From the NCBI RefSeq assembly GCF_006345805.1, contig NW_021832223.1, forward strand, positions 1-64,000: DNA of 64,000 nt. Reading direction: 5' to 3'. Shown in pieces: positions 12,190 through 25,199 of this stretch (positions are counted from its first letter, which is position 1; each line of letters opens with the position of its first letter). This DNA comes from Octopus sinensis (Eukaryota). The translations under genes were made by a program, and so were the position numbers. The notes below the pieces were generated by a model. That model was not told where the DNA came from, made no database searches, and worked only from the letters and a program-made list of their open reading frames with translations.

Positions 12190-12800
12190 ATGTAGTTAAA
12201 GGAAACTTTATCTCTCATATTTCTAGAAATATCAAAGGCTTTCGACAGCGTATCTGTGACCCAAAAAGAAAGGCCTTTCCCTGGCCTTGGTGCTTCCTCT
12301 TAAACCTCTACTTATTTATATCTAAATCTGGTTTTTTCTCAAGAAACATCACGTTTCGAAGGAGGGTTCCTAATCTAATCCAGGACTCTTGTAAGGACAC
12401 AAAACTTTCGGAAAAACGGCCTTAAGTTATATTGAAGTGGTGCATCGGTAAGCGGCTCTTGCACGCCATGAACAAATTTGTTTACCTCGAAATCAACGCA
12501 AGAAAGTCACCAGATCAGAGACCCAGGCCCCTAATGGAACTTGCTCGCCCTGACTGTTTACGCTACTTGGGACAGGCAATTGACGCTAAATCGGGCTACT
12601 ACCTCCATATCAAGCAGAAAGGGAGGAAAGCCATTGCCGCTTTCCGCCTTTTAAGAAATAAAAATCCTGATGAAATGCGAAAAAAAATACGCCAATACGT
12701 ACCAAAGCTAGCCTATAGGCTAGATCAGGGGTCAGCTAAACACAGAAAGTATAAAATAATTAATGCGACAATTGTCCCTGTATCTCATTTGACAGTGTTA
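12190..12800 (+). mobile_element. Degraded RT C-terminal relic
   Basis: DISKAFDSV-like (12225-12255) and RYLGQAID motifs. Confidence 0.55.
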
Positions 12801-13420
12801 TTATCTCGGGAATATAGTTAGTCATTTTTAATTTTACACAAGAATTAAAACTTTCGTCAGTTAGTTGACTCCTTAATTTTGATTTTATTAAATTCATTTC
12901 TGAGAATGACCTTCCGCAAATATACGTTGATCCAAACATTGTTATAATTCCATATGCGAATTTTTTTAATAAATAAAATGACTCAGGAAGGCTATTCCAT
13001 ACATCAAATATTAACAAATCTTGTCTTTCTATTTCGTGTTTCTGCACGATTATTTTTATTTAATTCTTACTTCAATTAACAGCTTCTGCTATGTCTTCAC
13101 CACAGGTATAGCCTTTGAGAGGTAAGAATGACAGAAATGATTCTCTGAGAAAACAACGAGAGACATAGCGGGCAGAATAAATAGGTAAAAATTAAAAACT
13201 TCTCTATATCTTTGATATGGCACGAGGCATCTACTCCTAATAAAATTGATTCCGAGGTTTTGAATTTGTTGTTTTGTTATATTTGAACACATTCTGTCAG
13301 CAACTGTTTTCGCAGACAGGGGTATATTATTAAACAATTGAAGATGTTTCTCATTAAAAAATTTCTCATTAAATTGGAGAATCTGGCAAGCAGAAAATAA
13401 TGCCTTTCTATATTCTTTGG
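12760..13420 (-). mobile_element. hAT (Charlie/Buster, GTF2IRD2-like) transposase relic
   Basis: FGSTYICGRSFSEMNLIKSKLRSQLTD dimerisation region; NIPLSAKTVADR. Confidence 0.8.
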
Positions 13421-13563
13421 AGTATAACTCTATACAACTTTGATATGCCGGATAAGGGTTTTACTAAGTTCAATGAATTCATTTTTTGCTGTACTTTTTG
13501 GATAAGTCATATTCGGAATTCACTTATTTTATTGATTTATAAATTAGTCATGTCGTTGTTGTT

Positions 13564-14742
13564 GTGGTTATGAATACCTCATTATCTATTCTTGTACGCT
13601 CGACCAACACCACAATTGATCCGATCCAAGCCACAAATGTAATTTGCGAATCTCCAACCGCCTTGAGGGCCCGCATTTCGCGGCGCCATAATGGTTCTTA
13701 CGAACTTCTTTTTAAGAATGCTGAGGACCGTAACGACTTCATCCTGGATTGGGAGCGGAATCTCCCTTTTGGTCCTAATGGCCACTCTATTGAATACTTG
13801 ACACCTCGGAACTCAGAACTAATTATACGAAACCTGCCTTATTGGGTAACAGACAATGCCTTGGTCAACATGCTATCCCGTTCAATCTCTACGGGCTTCA
13901 AGGTGGAGAGATTCGTCCGTAAAGGGGTGCCACTCCCGGTGGCAAAACTCACGATGCAAAACAAGATCGAAGCCCAATCTCTGGTCAGACTGGGAATGAA
14001 GATCGAGTTCAAGGAGATTTCATTCGGATGGTTTAAAAAACCAGAGGCCCAATGCTTCAGATGCCAGAAATTTGGCGATATTTCGCGATTCTGCAGGGAG
14101 CTGGAGCGCTGTCTACGGTGTGGGGGCCCGCACAGGTGGGACCAATGCAACTCTGCGCCTGAGTGCCACAGAACGTGTGTCAACTGCGGCTCTTCTGATC
14201 ACTGGGCGAACTACGGTGGTTGCCCTATTGCAAAAGCCTCCCAAAGAAATAAGTTCTCGAAAGTCAGTGGGGGGAGAGAAACCCAAGCCGAAGCAGGATG
14301 GAACACCGTCCGGAAGGGACGAGTCGTCGTCCAGGAAAAAATTGACTCTACGATCAGACAGGCTTGTGGACCTATTGCCAATCCTAAAAATCTGGAGGAA
14401 CGATGGTCTACCAGGAAAAGCTGGGCTACGGAGAAGGGAGTCCAGACCTGCTCTGAGATCTCTGTAAAACAAACTATGGACGTGGGTGTGCAGACGGATA
14501 TGGGAAACTTAATCCCCGAAGTCACAGCGACCACCAGAGGAATCCAGACGGAGCCGACCCCGAGTGAGTGCCAGGCACCGAAAGCGAAGAACCTGAGGAA
14601 GAAGGCAATGCCGACACTTCCATCTCCACTTGATGCGTCGGATATCTTGCCAACTCCAGCCGAGCCAATACAGAAAAAGCCCCCTTTACGAAAACGGGCG
14701 GCGCTCAGGCACGAGGGCAGCCGCGTTCCAAATCAAGTGTGA
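13564..14742 (+). CDS. LINE ORF1, gag-like with three zinc knuckles
   Basis: CFRCQKFGDISRFC (His replaced by Asp), CLRCGGPHRWDQC, CVNCGSSDHWANYGGC. Confidence 0.85.
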   Translation: MVMNTSLSILVRSTNTTIDPIQATNVICESPTALRARISRRHNGSYELLFKNAEDRNDFILDWERNLPFGPNGHSIEYLTPRNSELIIRNLPYWVTDNALVNMLSRSISTGFKVERFVRKGVPLPVAKLTMQNKIEAQSLVRLGMKIEFKEISFGWFKKPEAQCFRCQKFGDISRFCRELERCLRCGGPHRWDQCNSAPECHRTCVNCGSSDHWANYGGCPIAKASQRNKFSKVSGGRETQAEAGWNTVRKGRVVVQEKIDSTIRQACGPIANPKNLEERWSTRKSWATEKGVQTCSEISVKQTMDVGVQTDMGNLIPEVTATTRGIQTEPTPSECQAPKAKNLRKKAMPTLPSPLDASDILPTPAEPIQKKPPLRKRAALRHEGSRVPNQV

Positions 14743-16430
14743 GCGTGATAACGCTTATCAATGCCCGGTCTCTCACGAGACGGGCAACGGAGCTGAGGTC
14801 CCTTCTGACCTTGGCAAAGACAGATGTCCTAATTGTGAACGAAACCAAAATGAAGGGGCCTCGGCAGATCAAATTCGAAGGCTATAGATCCCTCCACATT
14901 CCATGGAGGTCGGGGGCGATTGCGGGAACGGGATCCTCGCTTTACTACAAAGCCGACATTGTTGTAAAGAACTTGAGGATCCTTGAAGAAAACCGATGCG
15001 AACTGATCGCACTAGAACTCCTAACTTCCATTGGATGGATAACAATCGGTGGAATGTACTCGAAGGACCTCAGAAACTACCCTGAAGTGATCAGGAAGTT
15101 CTTTGAGGATAATGAGATGGCCATTCTTGCGGGAGATCTCGACGCCAAAAATACCGTTTATGGATGCGAGACCTCTAACCAAGATGGTCGGGCTTTACTG
15201 AGGATCGCGAGGAAATATGACCTTAATGTCTGGACTTCTGAGGAACTTAATCATTTCTGCTTCAGTGGAGGTGATTGCCTCAGACTATTTCTTTCTTCCG
15301 CGTCTGTGAGCCCTTTTTGCGACAGGCCCCGGATAGAAATGCGGACTGGGAGTGACCATCTGCCCCAATCAATGTTGTTGCGGACATCTACGGAGTTGGT
15401 ATCAGATCTCTTCACGGGATACGACTTGTCCCCTGTGCAATGGCCCATGTTCGCCATATTCATGGGTGCAGCTTTGGAACCTCTCTCCCACATGCATCTG
15501 TCCACGAGTGAAAGTATTGATCATCTCGATATGGCTATACGAAAGCATGTGGTGGCCTTTCTGGACAGATTCGCTTCTAAAAAACATATGAAATCCCAGG
15601 GATCTTGCGCCAAGAGGACCGAAACTAGACTATCTGAGCTAGTCAGAGACAAGGCGCAAGAAGGCACCCGGATGCTTGCTTCGTATTCTGGTAAAACTAT
15701 TCAATGCCAGTTGGGACAATGGTCACGTCCCACCTAGCTGCAAACGAACAATCGTCCGAATGATCCCAAAACCTGGAAAACCAAATACGCAGGCAGGAAG
15801 TTATAGGCCAATTAGCCTTATCTGCACAACGTCGAGGATAATGGAAAGAATTATTTTCAATCGTTTATCGGCTTACGTGGAACAAAATAATATACTCGCG
15901 GAGGAACAGTGGGGTTTTAGACCTGGTCGATCAACCGGTCTTTGTTTCTCGCTTCTTGAGGAAGAACTGACTCGGGTCAAACAACATAAAGCCTGCCTAA
16001 CGGCGGTCTGCCTGGACGTCTGCAAGGCCTTTGACAGTGTCTGGCACTTGGGGTTGTTAGATAAAGTAGCGGAGTTGGGTGCTGGGCGAAAAACTGTCAG
16101 ATGGCTTAAGGAGGGCTTCTTGTGCGAGAGAAAATCGTTCATTCGTTGTGGAAATTTGCTATCGAAGGCCGTGAATCTGAGGAGAGGTGTTCCTCAGGGA
16201 TCGGTTCTCAGCCCCTTGCTCTTTAATATATTTCTGGCCGACGTCCCGAAACCACATTTTCCTACGAGCAGACTAATTATCTACGCGGACGATATCATGG
16301 TTACGGATGTCACGATGTGGGGACCCCGACACAGAAGAAGGCTGTCCTGGAGCAGACTAGAACCGTACTTGGAGGAACTTGAAATCTGGTGCAATGGTAA
16401 AGGCTTGAATCTCGCTCTGGACAAAAGTAA
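14739..16430 (+). pseudogene. LINE ORF2 APE plus RT, frameshifted
   Basis: TLINARSL, VNETK, GDLDAK, GSDHLP; SYRPISL, DVCKAFDSV, GVPQGSVLSP, IYADD. Confidence 0.85.
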
Positions 16431-17646
16431 ACCATATTTTATTTTTTTTATTTTATTGATTGTTAGATTGAAAGATAAGTTCCTTACCGGAATTTCAAAA
16501 CACTTTAAAAAACCGTTATTTCATTGAATTCTACTAATGAATTCAATTGCTATTTTTTTTGACTTGGTATGTAAATGTTCCAAATATTATTTTTTATCTG
16601 AAAGTTCATTCTATAAATAAAGGTCGAGGACTCTAAGATTCCTAATTTTGTCCATACTAGAAATACCACAATGATTTTGGTATAACAGTCGAAACAAAAT
16701 GTTCTCACTTGAAGATTCTAATATAGAAAATAAATCGCCCTGTTTTTTCCATCAGATTTTTAATCTTGCAAAAATCTGAGAATGGATTAATAGCGTTCCA
16801 CATGGTTTTGTCAACTAAAAACTATTATCACTTTATTCTACTACCATCTTAGCATTCGGGTTTAAAATTCGCTCATTTTCAAGATTTCTCTTCAAAATTA
16901 ATAAAATTGGAAACTATTGGCTTAAAAGAGCGGATATACTAAAATAATCTTAGTATTTATTCTTTTAAAATTATTATTAGAAATGTTATTGTCTTTAACT
17001 TTCACTCGGAATTTTGTAAAGCAAATAATTGTCTGTCTTGATATATCCTACTATCCTCCGACAACCACTTTTCTTGAGATCTCTACAACCTATTTTTTTA
17101 AACAAACAAAAGTAGAATAAATAAAATTTATCTTTCGACGTGAATGTGCCAAACAATTTTCTACCACATTTTATTTTTATTTAATAGTGATTCAGAAACG
17201 CAAAAATATTTTAAATTCATAAAAAACCGGTAATCTTAATTAAAATAAACTTTGTTAACTTTAAAAACAAAAATTCTTTCAAATAAGTCTCAACCACATA
17301 CAGTCTTTTCGTCTTAAGATCTAGTAATGACTTTTACATGGACTGAAGATTCTTTCTGCCAATCAATTATAGAATCGTTTTGATGCAGCAAACATTGCTG
17401 GTCTTAAAACAAATGACTCTATTGAAGAATGGCAATTTGATTATTTGTTGAATTTGGACATCCTTAAACAATATTTATAGACTTGTGAAATAAAAATTTA
17501 ATTTTTATACTTATCTCTAACGACAACAAAACTTTCTCAATTTTTGTACTTTACAAAATGCCCGAAAATAAACCTCGTGTAATTACCTGGATCAAATACT
17601 GTTGCCAAAAATTCGGAATTCAGAGTTCTAGAACAATCCAAAAACA

Positions 17647-19936
17647 TTTATTATTATTAAAAGCACTTCCGAAAAGTCATAAAACTAATTAAGCTTCCCT
17701 TATGCCGCGTGAACAACAATACTGTCCCACAACCTTCTCCAGGTGCCTCTCCTCTTTGCCAATTCTCTTAGGTTGTCGAGATCATCAGCAGTTTCGAGTT
17801 TCCTCCCAATAATTTTGAGATCCTGATTTAGCACCGATGGAAGTGTTGTCCTTGGTCTTCCTAGGAAATAGCCTCCATCGTGATTTCAGGATTTCGATCG
17901 AGAGAATTTCTGAGTTGCATAATTTGTATAGGTTGTCGTTTGTGATCTTCTGCGGGTAGCGGATGTTGAGTGCTGCACGTAATATATATTGTGCTGTATA
18001 TATTTAAGAATTTCTCCGTCGTCCGACACAAAGTTCAAGTCATCTGCGTAGGATATCTCGTAATAATCATTTTTTATAACTGATTTAAAGTCCCTCAGAG
18101 CGACCTCAAGATACACAATACAAAGCACGGGAGATAGTGAGTCTCCTTGTGGAACACCCCTTGTTGTTTCGAAGTATTTTGATGTCGTCTTTCCGACTTT
18201 AACGGCGAGTTGGATGTTCACTAGGAGAAGGTTTATCATTCTTGTATCGTCTGAATGGAGGAAGCTCTTTAATACTTCCATAAGGAGCCCTCTGTGAATG
18301 GAGTCGAAGGCCCGAATCATGTCTACCCCAAGAATTTCAATACACTTTTTATATTTTTGGCACAGGGCACCAGTCTATCCGTATGTCCAAATTACATCAG
18401 CTGTTGATCTTCCCTTCCTGAATCCACTTTGTCCATGGGATAGAAAACTGTTTACTCGGTCTTTGATTCGGGTCAGTATAATTAGCGATAATGTCTTTCT
18501 CAATGTCGATAGCAGAATAATCGGCCTCAGGTTGCCAGGAGGTCCTCTTGGTCATTTATACAATTTCGTGACTAGAACATGGGCGGTTTCTGATCGTGTT
18601 GCAGTTATGCAGATGAAGTTTGGAGACAAACCTAATTCTATTATATCAATTATCAACATATATGCGCCAACGGGAGCGAGAGTTAACTCCAATCCTGAAG
18701 AGCTGGACGAATTTTATTCCACCCTTATGGAGACATATAACTCCCTGTCGTCATATAAAATTCTTATTGCTGACGATTGGAACGCCAGAGCAGGGAGAGC
18801 CCGGTTTGGAGAGACCTGCATTGGGTCGCATGGGAGAAATCGCAGAAACTCTTGCGGAGAGTCCTTAATTCAATTCTGTTCGGCATTTGACCTATTCATA
18901 TCGAACACCGCCTTCGACCACCGAGCAAGGCATAAAACTACCTGGACAGGAGCAAGAAAAGACAAAAACGGAAACATTTACCCGATTTATAACCAGATTG
19001 ACTACATCATATGCAGAAGAATTATGAAAAACATATTGTCAGATGCGAGATCCTATGATGGCCTTGAAACCAGCAGTGATCATAAACTGGTTGTGACTAG
19101 GATTGTTTTAAAGAGATTACATGGGACAGTTGGCGTACAAAGAACAGGACAAATGGAAACCATCGACACAGAGAAACTTGTTTACGACAAATCAAAGAGA
19201 ATTGAGTACAGTGAAAATCTCAGAAGAGAAATTAATAAAATTGACATAAGCCAGCCTGCAAACATAATATGGACGGAGACTGTTCTTGCAATGAAGAAGA
19301 CGTCATTATCTATTTTGGGACCTGTTCATAAAAGAAAATACCTGCACAATAATTTGGAAATCGAATCTTTTTCGATTGAACAGAAAAGACTCAGACTCGA
19401 ACTAAGCAAAACATTGACGGCAAATAGGAAAAAGGAACTGAAGACACAACGTGGAAGAATATTAAAAAAAATCAAAACAATACAAAAACGTCAATTACGA
19501 AAAGAAGTTGAGGAGCAAGTTGCTGAAATTGAAAAATATAAGGATGGAACGAGGATGTTTCAACCTGTTCGCTTAATAAACAGAGGAAAAAGAACAAACT
19601 ATATTACTGTGCATGATAAACTTGAAAGAACAGTCATTAGTGAACCTGGAAAAACTGCAATCATTTCGGAATATTTCCACGAAATTTTCAATCAAAATAG
19701 CGAAGTCAATGAAATTCGGAACATTCAAGACACTCGAATAATCAGTCCTATTAATATTACAGAAACAATGGATGCCATTAAAAAATTAAACTGCAAAAGG
19801 TCCCCCGGACCAGACAACATTCCTGCAGAGCTTCTCAAATTTGACCAATCGAGCTGGCCGAAGTGATCACACACATACTGAACAAAGCAATCAAAGAAAA
19901 CAAAAACTTAGATATTGGAAAAGGATTGCTAATTCA
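17647..19936. mobile_element. RTE-clade LINE with inverted 5' part
   Basis: APE plus linker lie on + (~18560-19936: INIYAPT, DWNARAG, QIDYI, SSDH, SPGPDNIPAELLK). RT continues on - from ~18550 (GPPGNLRPIILLS, GVPQGDSLSP, YADD). (TAA)n tail near 17650. Confidence 0.85.
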
Positions 19937-19959
19937 AGGTGTGAATAACTAGAAAATAT

Positions 19960-21165
19960 TTATTCTAAAATTGGGTAAAAATTGTAATGTCCAATCCCAC
20001 ACTGCTCGTTCTTATTTCTTGCCATTTTTATATAACCGTTGTTTCCGTAGTAACGAGACCAACTGCCAATAAAACAGTCGACTGTACCTATTCTTGACCA
20101 ACTAATACTCTTTTCCATTCTCAACCCCATAACCAACGACCACTATAGCGTGATTTATACGATTTTGACATTGAGGATTGTCGTGAACTCCTTAATTTAG
20201 AACATTTAAGATTACCTTTTTTATATAATTGAAATGATAAATCTAAAGCACATATACGTGTAGTGATCGGTCCAATGTTGATTAGTGCTTTCATTAACTC
20301 AGATTCTGATGTGAATTTTTTGAATCCAGTCATTTTTACAACATTTTTCCTATATCTGCAAAACCAACTCTAAAGATTGACATAAGATAATACACTCTAG
20401 CTTCGTAAGGGTACATTTCTTCGGTGTCGATACCACCATTCTTCATTATGTATTCAAATACACTCTTCACGGAGCCCCCGGCACATCCGTTCGTTCCAAT
20501 ACAGTCGATTACATTTTGCTCGCTGAAGCTAACAAGTTTACCGTATTTAATAGCGAATTGGCTTTCAAAACTTCCCAACTACGAATTGATTAGTGTCTTA
20601 TACAGCTCCAAATATATAACGGGATGCACAGCTTCCTTCACTCTTAACATGCGTGACAGCATTACGATCCACCCAATTAAAGTTGACTGGGACGTCATAA
20701 TTATCTCCAAATTCGGGCTTGGAACTAAATTCTTGAAATTCGGTTAAATTGAGGTCAAAATGATATCCTTTATGCATTTCTCCAAATTCCTGACTAGTTA
20801 GAGAAGTGATGAGATACCATGTCCGCGAACTGATTGATGCCTAGAGCATACGAAGTCTCCCTTTTTTCGTACTTCAAGTTGTGTTGATCAATTAGTTCAA
20901 GATTTCTTCGAAATAATTCCCGTCTTCGACTCTCTTCGTGTTGTGGATATTTTTTTGTCTACCAAAGTTAATTTAATGAACAACTAAATGTTTTAAAATA
21001 TTCATTCCATTTCAGATTAAACTGATGGCCCTGAGAGATATTGGAACGAATATTGTCTTTATACTTTATTGCTACTTTGAGTGGACTCGAGTCGAAACTT
21101 CTGACTATTATTGCAAAAACAACAAAATGTGTCATAGAGTTATAAATTGAATTTAACTTATTCAA
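19960..21165 (-). pseudogene. Cathepsin-L-like (C1A) gene with 25-28-nt introns; catalytic Cys lost and a premature stop
   Basis: I29 prodomain (GINQFADM), VKSEGSCASRYIF, SEQNVIDC, GCAGG, NHAIVVVGYG, EY*LVKNSW; final TAA at 19960-19962. Confidence 0.85.
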
Positions 21166-23159
21166 TTTTATTTTTCCTGCTTAATTTAATATTTTTAAAT
21201 TGCAATTTAAATAAAACAATATTCGACTAATTTTTTACTTTCATGGATCCTCCAATTCCTTTCGATTTGATAAATTTTATTTTAATAACGTTACGAAATG
21301 CACAAGTACCCTTTACAGGTTTGGGAGATCAACTGCCGATTTAAATATAAGGAAATACATGTATCTGTGTTATATGCCAAAAATTTGAAATATTAACCAC
21401 AATATTGGGCATTGATGTGAGCAGGGTATTACACGATTCGCAGAGACAATCTGAACTGATATATGATGTAGACTTTTTGTCTCATATAAGTCAACACTTC
21501 TGAACATTACTTTACGTGTATAAAAATTATTATTTCTCATTTTTTTAAAAAAGTAAAATTTCTTCATTAAAATTTCATCTCAGAATTGAAGTGAACATTG
21601 TATTAATAAATCAATTTACTGATTTGAAAGCTACATTTAACTCCCAATCACCTAGCATTTTGTAAACAAAATTGACAGAATGAAAAACCTATGAAGAATT
21701 TTGTTAATCTTTGTTTTTTTGAGACGTAAACTTTTGATCAAAGGCAAACTATGAGATAGTTAGGATAAAGTGTGTAACCATTTAGTTCCCTTAACTAAGC
21801 GATGTGACACATATATTACAACAGAAGCAATTTTCTGTCATGCTATTACCTTAGAATGTAAAAATCCCCATTCTCTTTCATTTTTGTAATTTTAAACAAG
21901 CTATAAAATAAGTATTTCAAACCTGTAATCAAAATCTGTTTATTCAATACCCGGTATTCTTCTATTATAGAATTTCGCATGGTCGTTAGTAATATTCATT
22001 TGGCTTAATTGTTATTAAATATAGATGCTATAGTCATTTTATCCAATCAGTTAATCATAGTTTTAAGTAAAGTTTTATCATTCAATATAATCTAAACATT
22101 TTTGATTTTATACCATATTTCAAATTATTTGAAAGTTTTTTGTTTACAAAATTGTGCCAAATAGTTTGCTAAAATATGAATATATACTACTTTGTAAACT
22201 GACATTTAAGTAAAAAAACAATAAACTTGCCAATTTAAAACAAGAATAAGATAATATTTATTGAAACTGGAGTCACATCTTCAAAAATTTAAAACAATTC
22301 AAGAAATGCTTCGACCAGATCAGAATCCCCAAATCACCTAAAACGACATTGGGAGTACAACCAGCAGAAAAAAGAAGTGAAGGAGGCCGTCGAACTCGCT
22401 CTTAAACATTATAAACTGTACAAGCAAAGTGGGATTGACTTCTCTTTCGGAGTGGTTAAACCGTTAATGAAACTAATTATGTTTTCGCTTCTGGTCCGAA
22501 TGAGTCATTTTAAATTGACCTTATTTATCTAAAAAGGTTTGAAAACGTAATTGGTAGTTACTCTTAACCTCAGAAAAATTGTGACACGCCTTAATGATTG
22601 AGGAAATTTCGACATGTTGCAAAATCGTCAGAAATAAAGAAATCTGTTCAGAGAACTGACTTAGAAATAAAGAAAGCTGTTCTCTTAAATACATCAAGCG
22701 AGTTGGTAAACAACATTACGCCACGTTGATATAAAGTAAAAAAGTTCCCTACTATTTTAATCAAGAAAAAGAGAAGTTAACTAAATTAGATGAGTCGCCT
22801 TAAAAAAATACTTAAGAGATAGTGAGACCGATAAATATATAATAAATCACTTTAACTAATAACTGTGATCGAGATTCATTGAAAAAGTACCGAATCTTTC
22901 AAATTTTTTGGTGGTTTTGCAATAATTTAATTTTCATCGTCACCTGGACATGATTATTTGGATTTAGGTCAGTTGATTAAAAGGCCCAATCAAGAATGGT
23001 ATATTTTCTATCTTTTATATACTGCGCTCAAAGTATGGCAAGCGGAATTATCTTGCTGAAAAATAAAAAAATTTCAGCTCCATATTTGTGTTATATTGTC
23101 AAATCGTCACAAATTACATCTCTCTAACTCTGAGACAGAATCCTTATTTATATTGATAT

Positions 23160-24050
23160 TAGTATGCTAGATGTTGAATTTTGCCCTGCGTTATTACAGA
23201 CTGAATTTAAGGAGGTGGGTGCCCTTACTCACCCCAGGAAGCAGTCAAGGCCGCCGAGGAAATAAGCAGACTGTGTCCCACTGGCCGCCTCAAAGTGCGT
23301 TATTCTCGAAATGCTCAAAATATACTTGGCATTGTACTTCCCTCATTCACTCAGGTTGGCTTCCTAGACTGTCTGCGCTCTCCTCTACATTTCCCCTGGC
23401 ACACACAACAACATCTTCTCTCTCCTCCCCGACTGCCAACATCCCCGCATGAGTTGACTCGAGCCATTCTTTTCTCTCACTCCAGACTGCCGATAATGTC
23501 GAATTACTCGTCTACCCTCCCCTAAATGGACGACCTTGTCCCCCCTCCCCTCTTCCTACATAGGCTTGTCGACAGACTCGACTTTATACGCACTCACCCT
23601 CTCCTCACTGTCTTCCACGACACAATACTCCACATGTCCATTATCTCCTCAAGTTGTGTATGACACTATTCACTTGCACTATGTATGGCTGACTATATCG
23701 GCCACTCTCCTCTCCTTACTCTCATCGCTCAACTGTCCCACCGACTCGACAATATTGTTGTCCTCCCACACTCACCCACAGATCATCATCCACGACCACT
23801 CCCTCACCATCCCACACCCCCTGACGACTGGATCTCCGCACAAGTCTCGGAGGAAGTGAGGCAGGAGAGTGAGAATATTTGTCGACGCCAGAATGACTTG
23901 GATGCCACCGTCCGCTATTACTCACACGTCCTCCGCACCACTGAATGTGAGAAGTACAAAGAATGTGTTTTCCAGTCACATCCTCCTTTCTATGACGATT
24001 CGTTGGAGAGTCGGGTGTCCCCCATGGTTGACGTTGATTCACCATTTTTA
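23160..24050 (+). mobile_element. Degraded APE-endonuclease-like LINE fragment, GC-rich
   Basis: ALLQTEFK near the start and ADYI...DNIVVLPHSPTDHHP resembling the APE C-terminus; base composition differs from the flanks. Confidence 0.45.
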
Positions 24051-24782
24051 AGTTGCCTGTGGAAGAGCATATCGATCGTCTGCGGAGTCTTGAGTCATTT
24101 TGTCTGCCGTTTGTGGACTTTCTAGGCGAAATGAGACGTGCCAGATTGGAGGTTGGAGTCCATTCTGACTGGAGGTTGAACAACCACAAAAGTGGCCTGC
24201 CCTGTAAAATGGATAAGTGTACCCGTCAAAGACATTTGCTCGGGCTCGAAAAGGAGGAGAATCGACTGAAAGCAGACGCAATATTTAAAAATCAATTTTA
24301 TCTGGACTTTTCAAATAAATTAAAATATTTTCAGCATTGTATTTTTAAGATACAAATTCTGCAATAGTGGCCGTATGTGTTTTCTATAAATCAGTGAGTT
24401 GCAGAATTCTTCCTCTATTTAGAAAAAATTTTCTTTATGTTTCAAAGTCACCAAAAAGTGACTCTGGGATTCTTCCGAATTTATTTCTTAAAGAAAAGTC
24501 ATTGTTAGCCGGATAGAAGTGAATATGATTGTCTATAAAGATCGACGGATATTTTTGTCAATTTTTCAAACTCTCAGGTCTTAATATCATTCAGTCAAAT
24601 GTAATAGTTATAAAGGGAGATTGCATCCTTGTTTATAATAGGTTGACTAAGTTTAATTCAGTTTTTGTTAAGTTTTTAATTCTCGTAGATGGTTCTTCAT
24701 AGATTAAAATTTTTGTTGTATTATTTGTCTTATTTTAGTCGTTAACATTGAAATGACAATTAACTTTAATTAATTCATTTAA

Positions 24783-25193
24783 ATGCTGACCTATATATTC
24801 TTTGTCTTTTCAGTCATTTTTGGAGATAATTGTACTTTCTCGTCCACGGAGGTGACTAACTGTGATTATAAAAATTCTGTTTCTTTTACATTTACAAGTT
24901 TGATTCTACGAGGCATTACATCGTTTGACGGCGATTTTACCAAATTTGATATGCACAAAAGTCTCACAAGTTTGTAGATAATTTGTTTATTGTTTCTAGA
25001 ACGTGTGAAACTCTAAATTTGATTAAACTTGAAGATGTGAGTTTTGGGAACAACGGTAACTTTATCCCACTAGAAACTTTGTGAGTCTCTAGTCCGATCT
25101 CACATTAGATTATGGGATCAACAGCTCAGAAACAATACCGCCCTCCAAGTTTGCTCTTATAGGACCTCCGGGGAGTGAATGACAAATTTTTTG
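24783..25193 (+). CDS. Putative secreted-protein gene start with two micro-introns, abutting a hAT relic
   Basis: Hydrophobic N-terminus MLTYIFFVFSVIFG; removing 26-nt and 28-nt GT-AG introns keeps the frame open. Confidence 0.35.
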
Positions 25194-25199
25194 CTTAGT

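Larger units (their letters stand above)
13540..16430 (+). mobile_element. Two-ORF Jockey/I-like LINE with internal deletion, 3' truncated
   Basis: Gag-like ORF1 followed by overlapping APE and RT frames. Confidence 0.85.

Noticed and set aside
16560-17060. LRR-like peptide on the minus strand (SMDKIRNLRVLDL)
   Set aside because: Single motif followed by a stop; no consistent exon model.
20102-20104. TAG reassigned to Trp (similar TGG-to-TAG cases near 29857 and 30259)
   Set aside because: The intact S28 gene ends in TAG, TGG is used normally, and the other cases lie in decayed elements.
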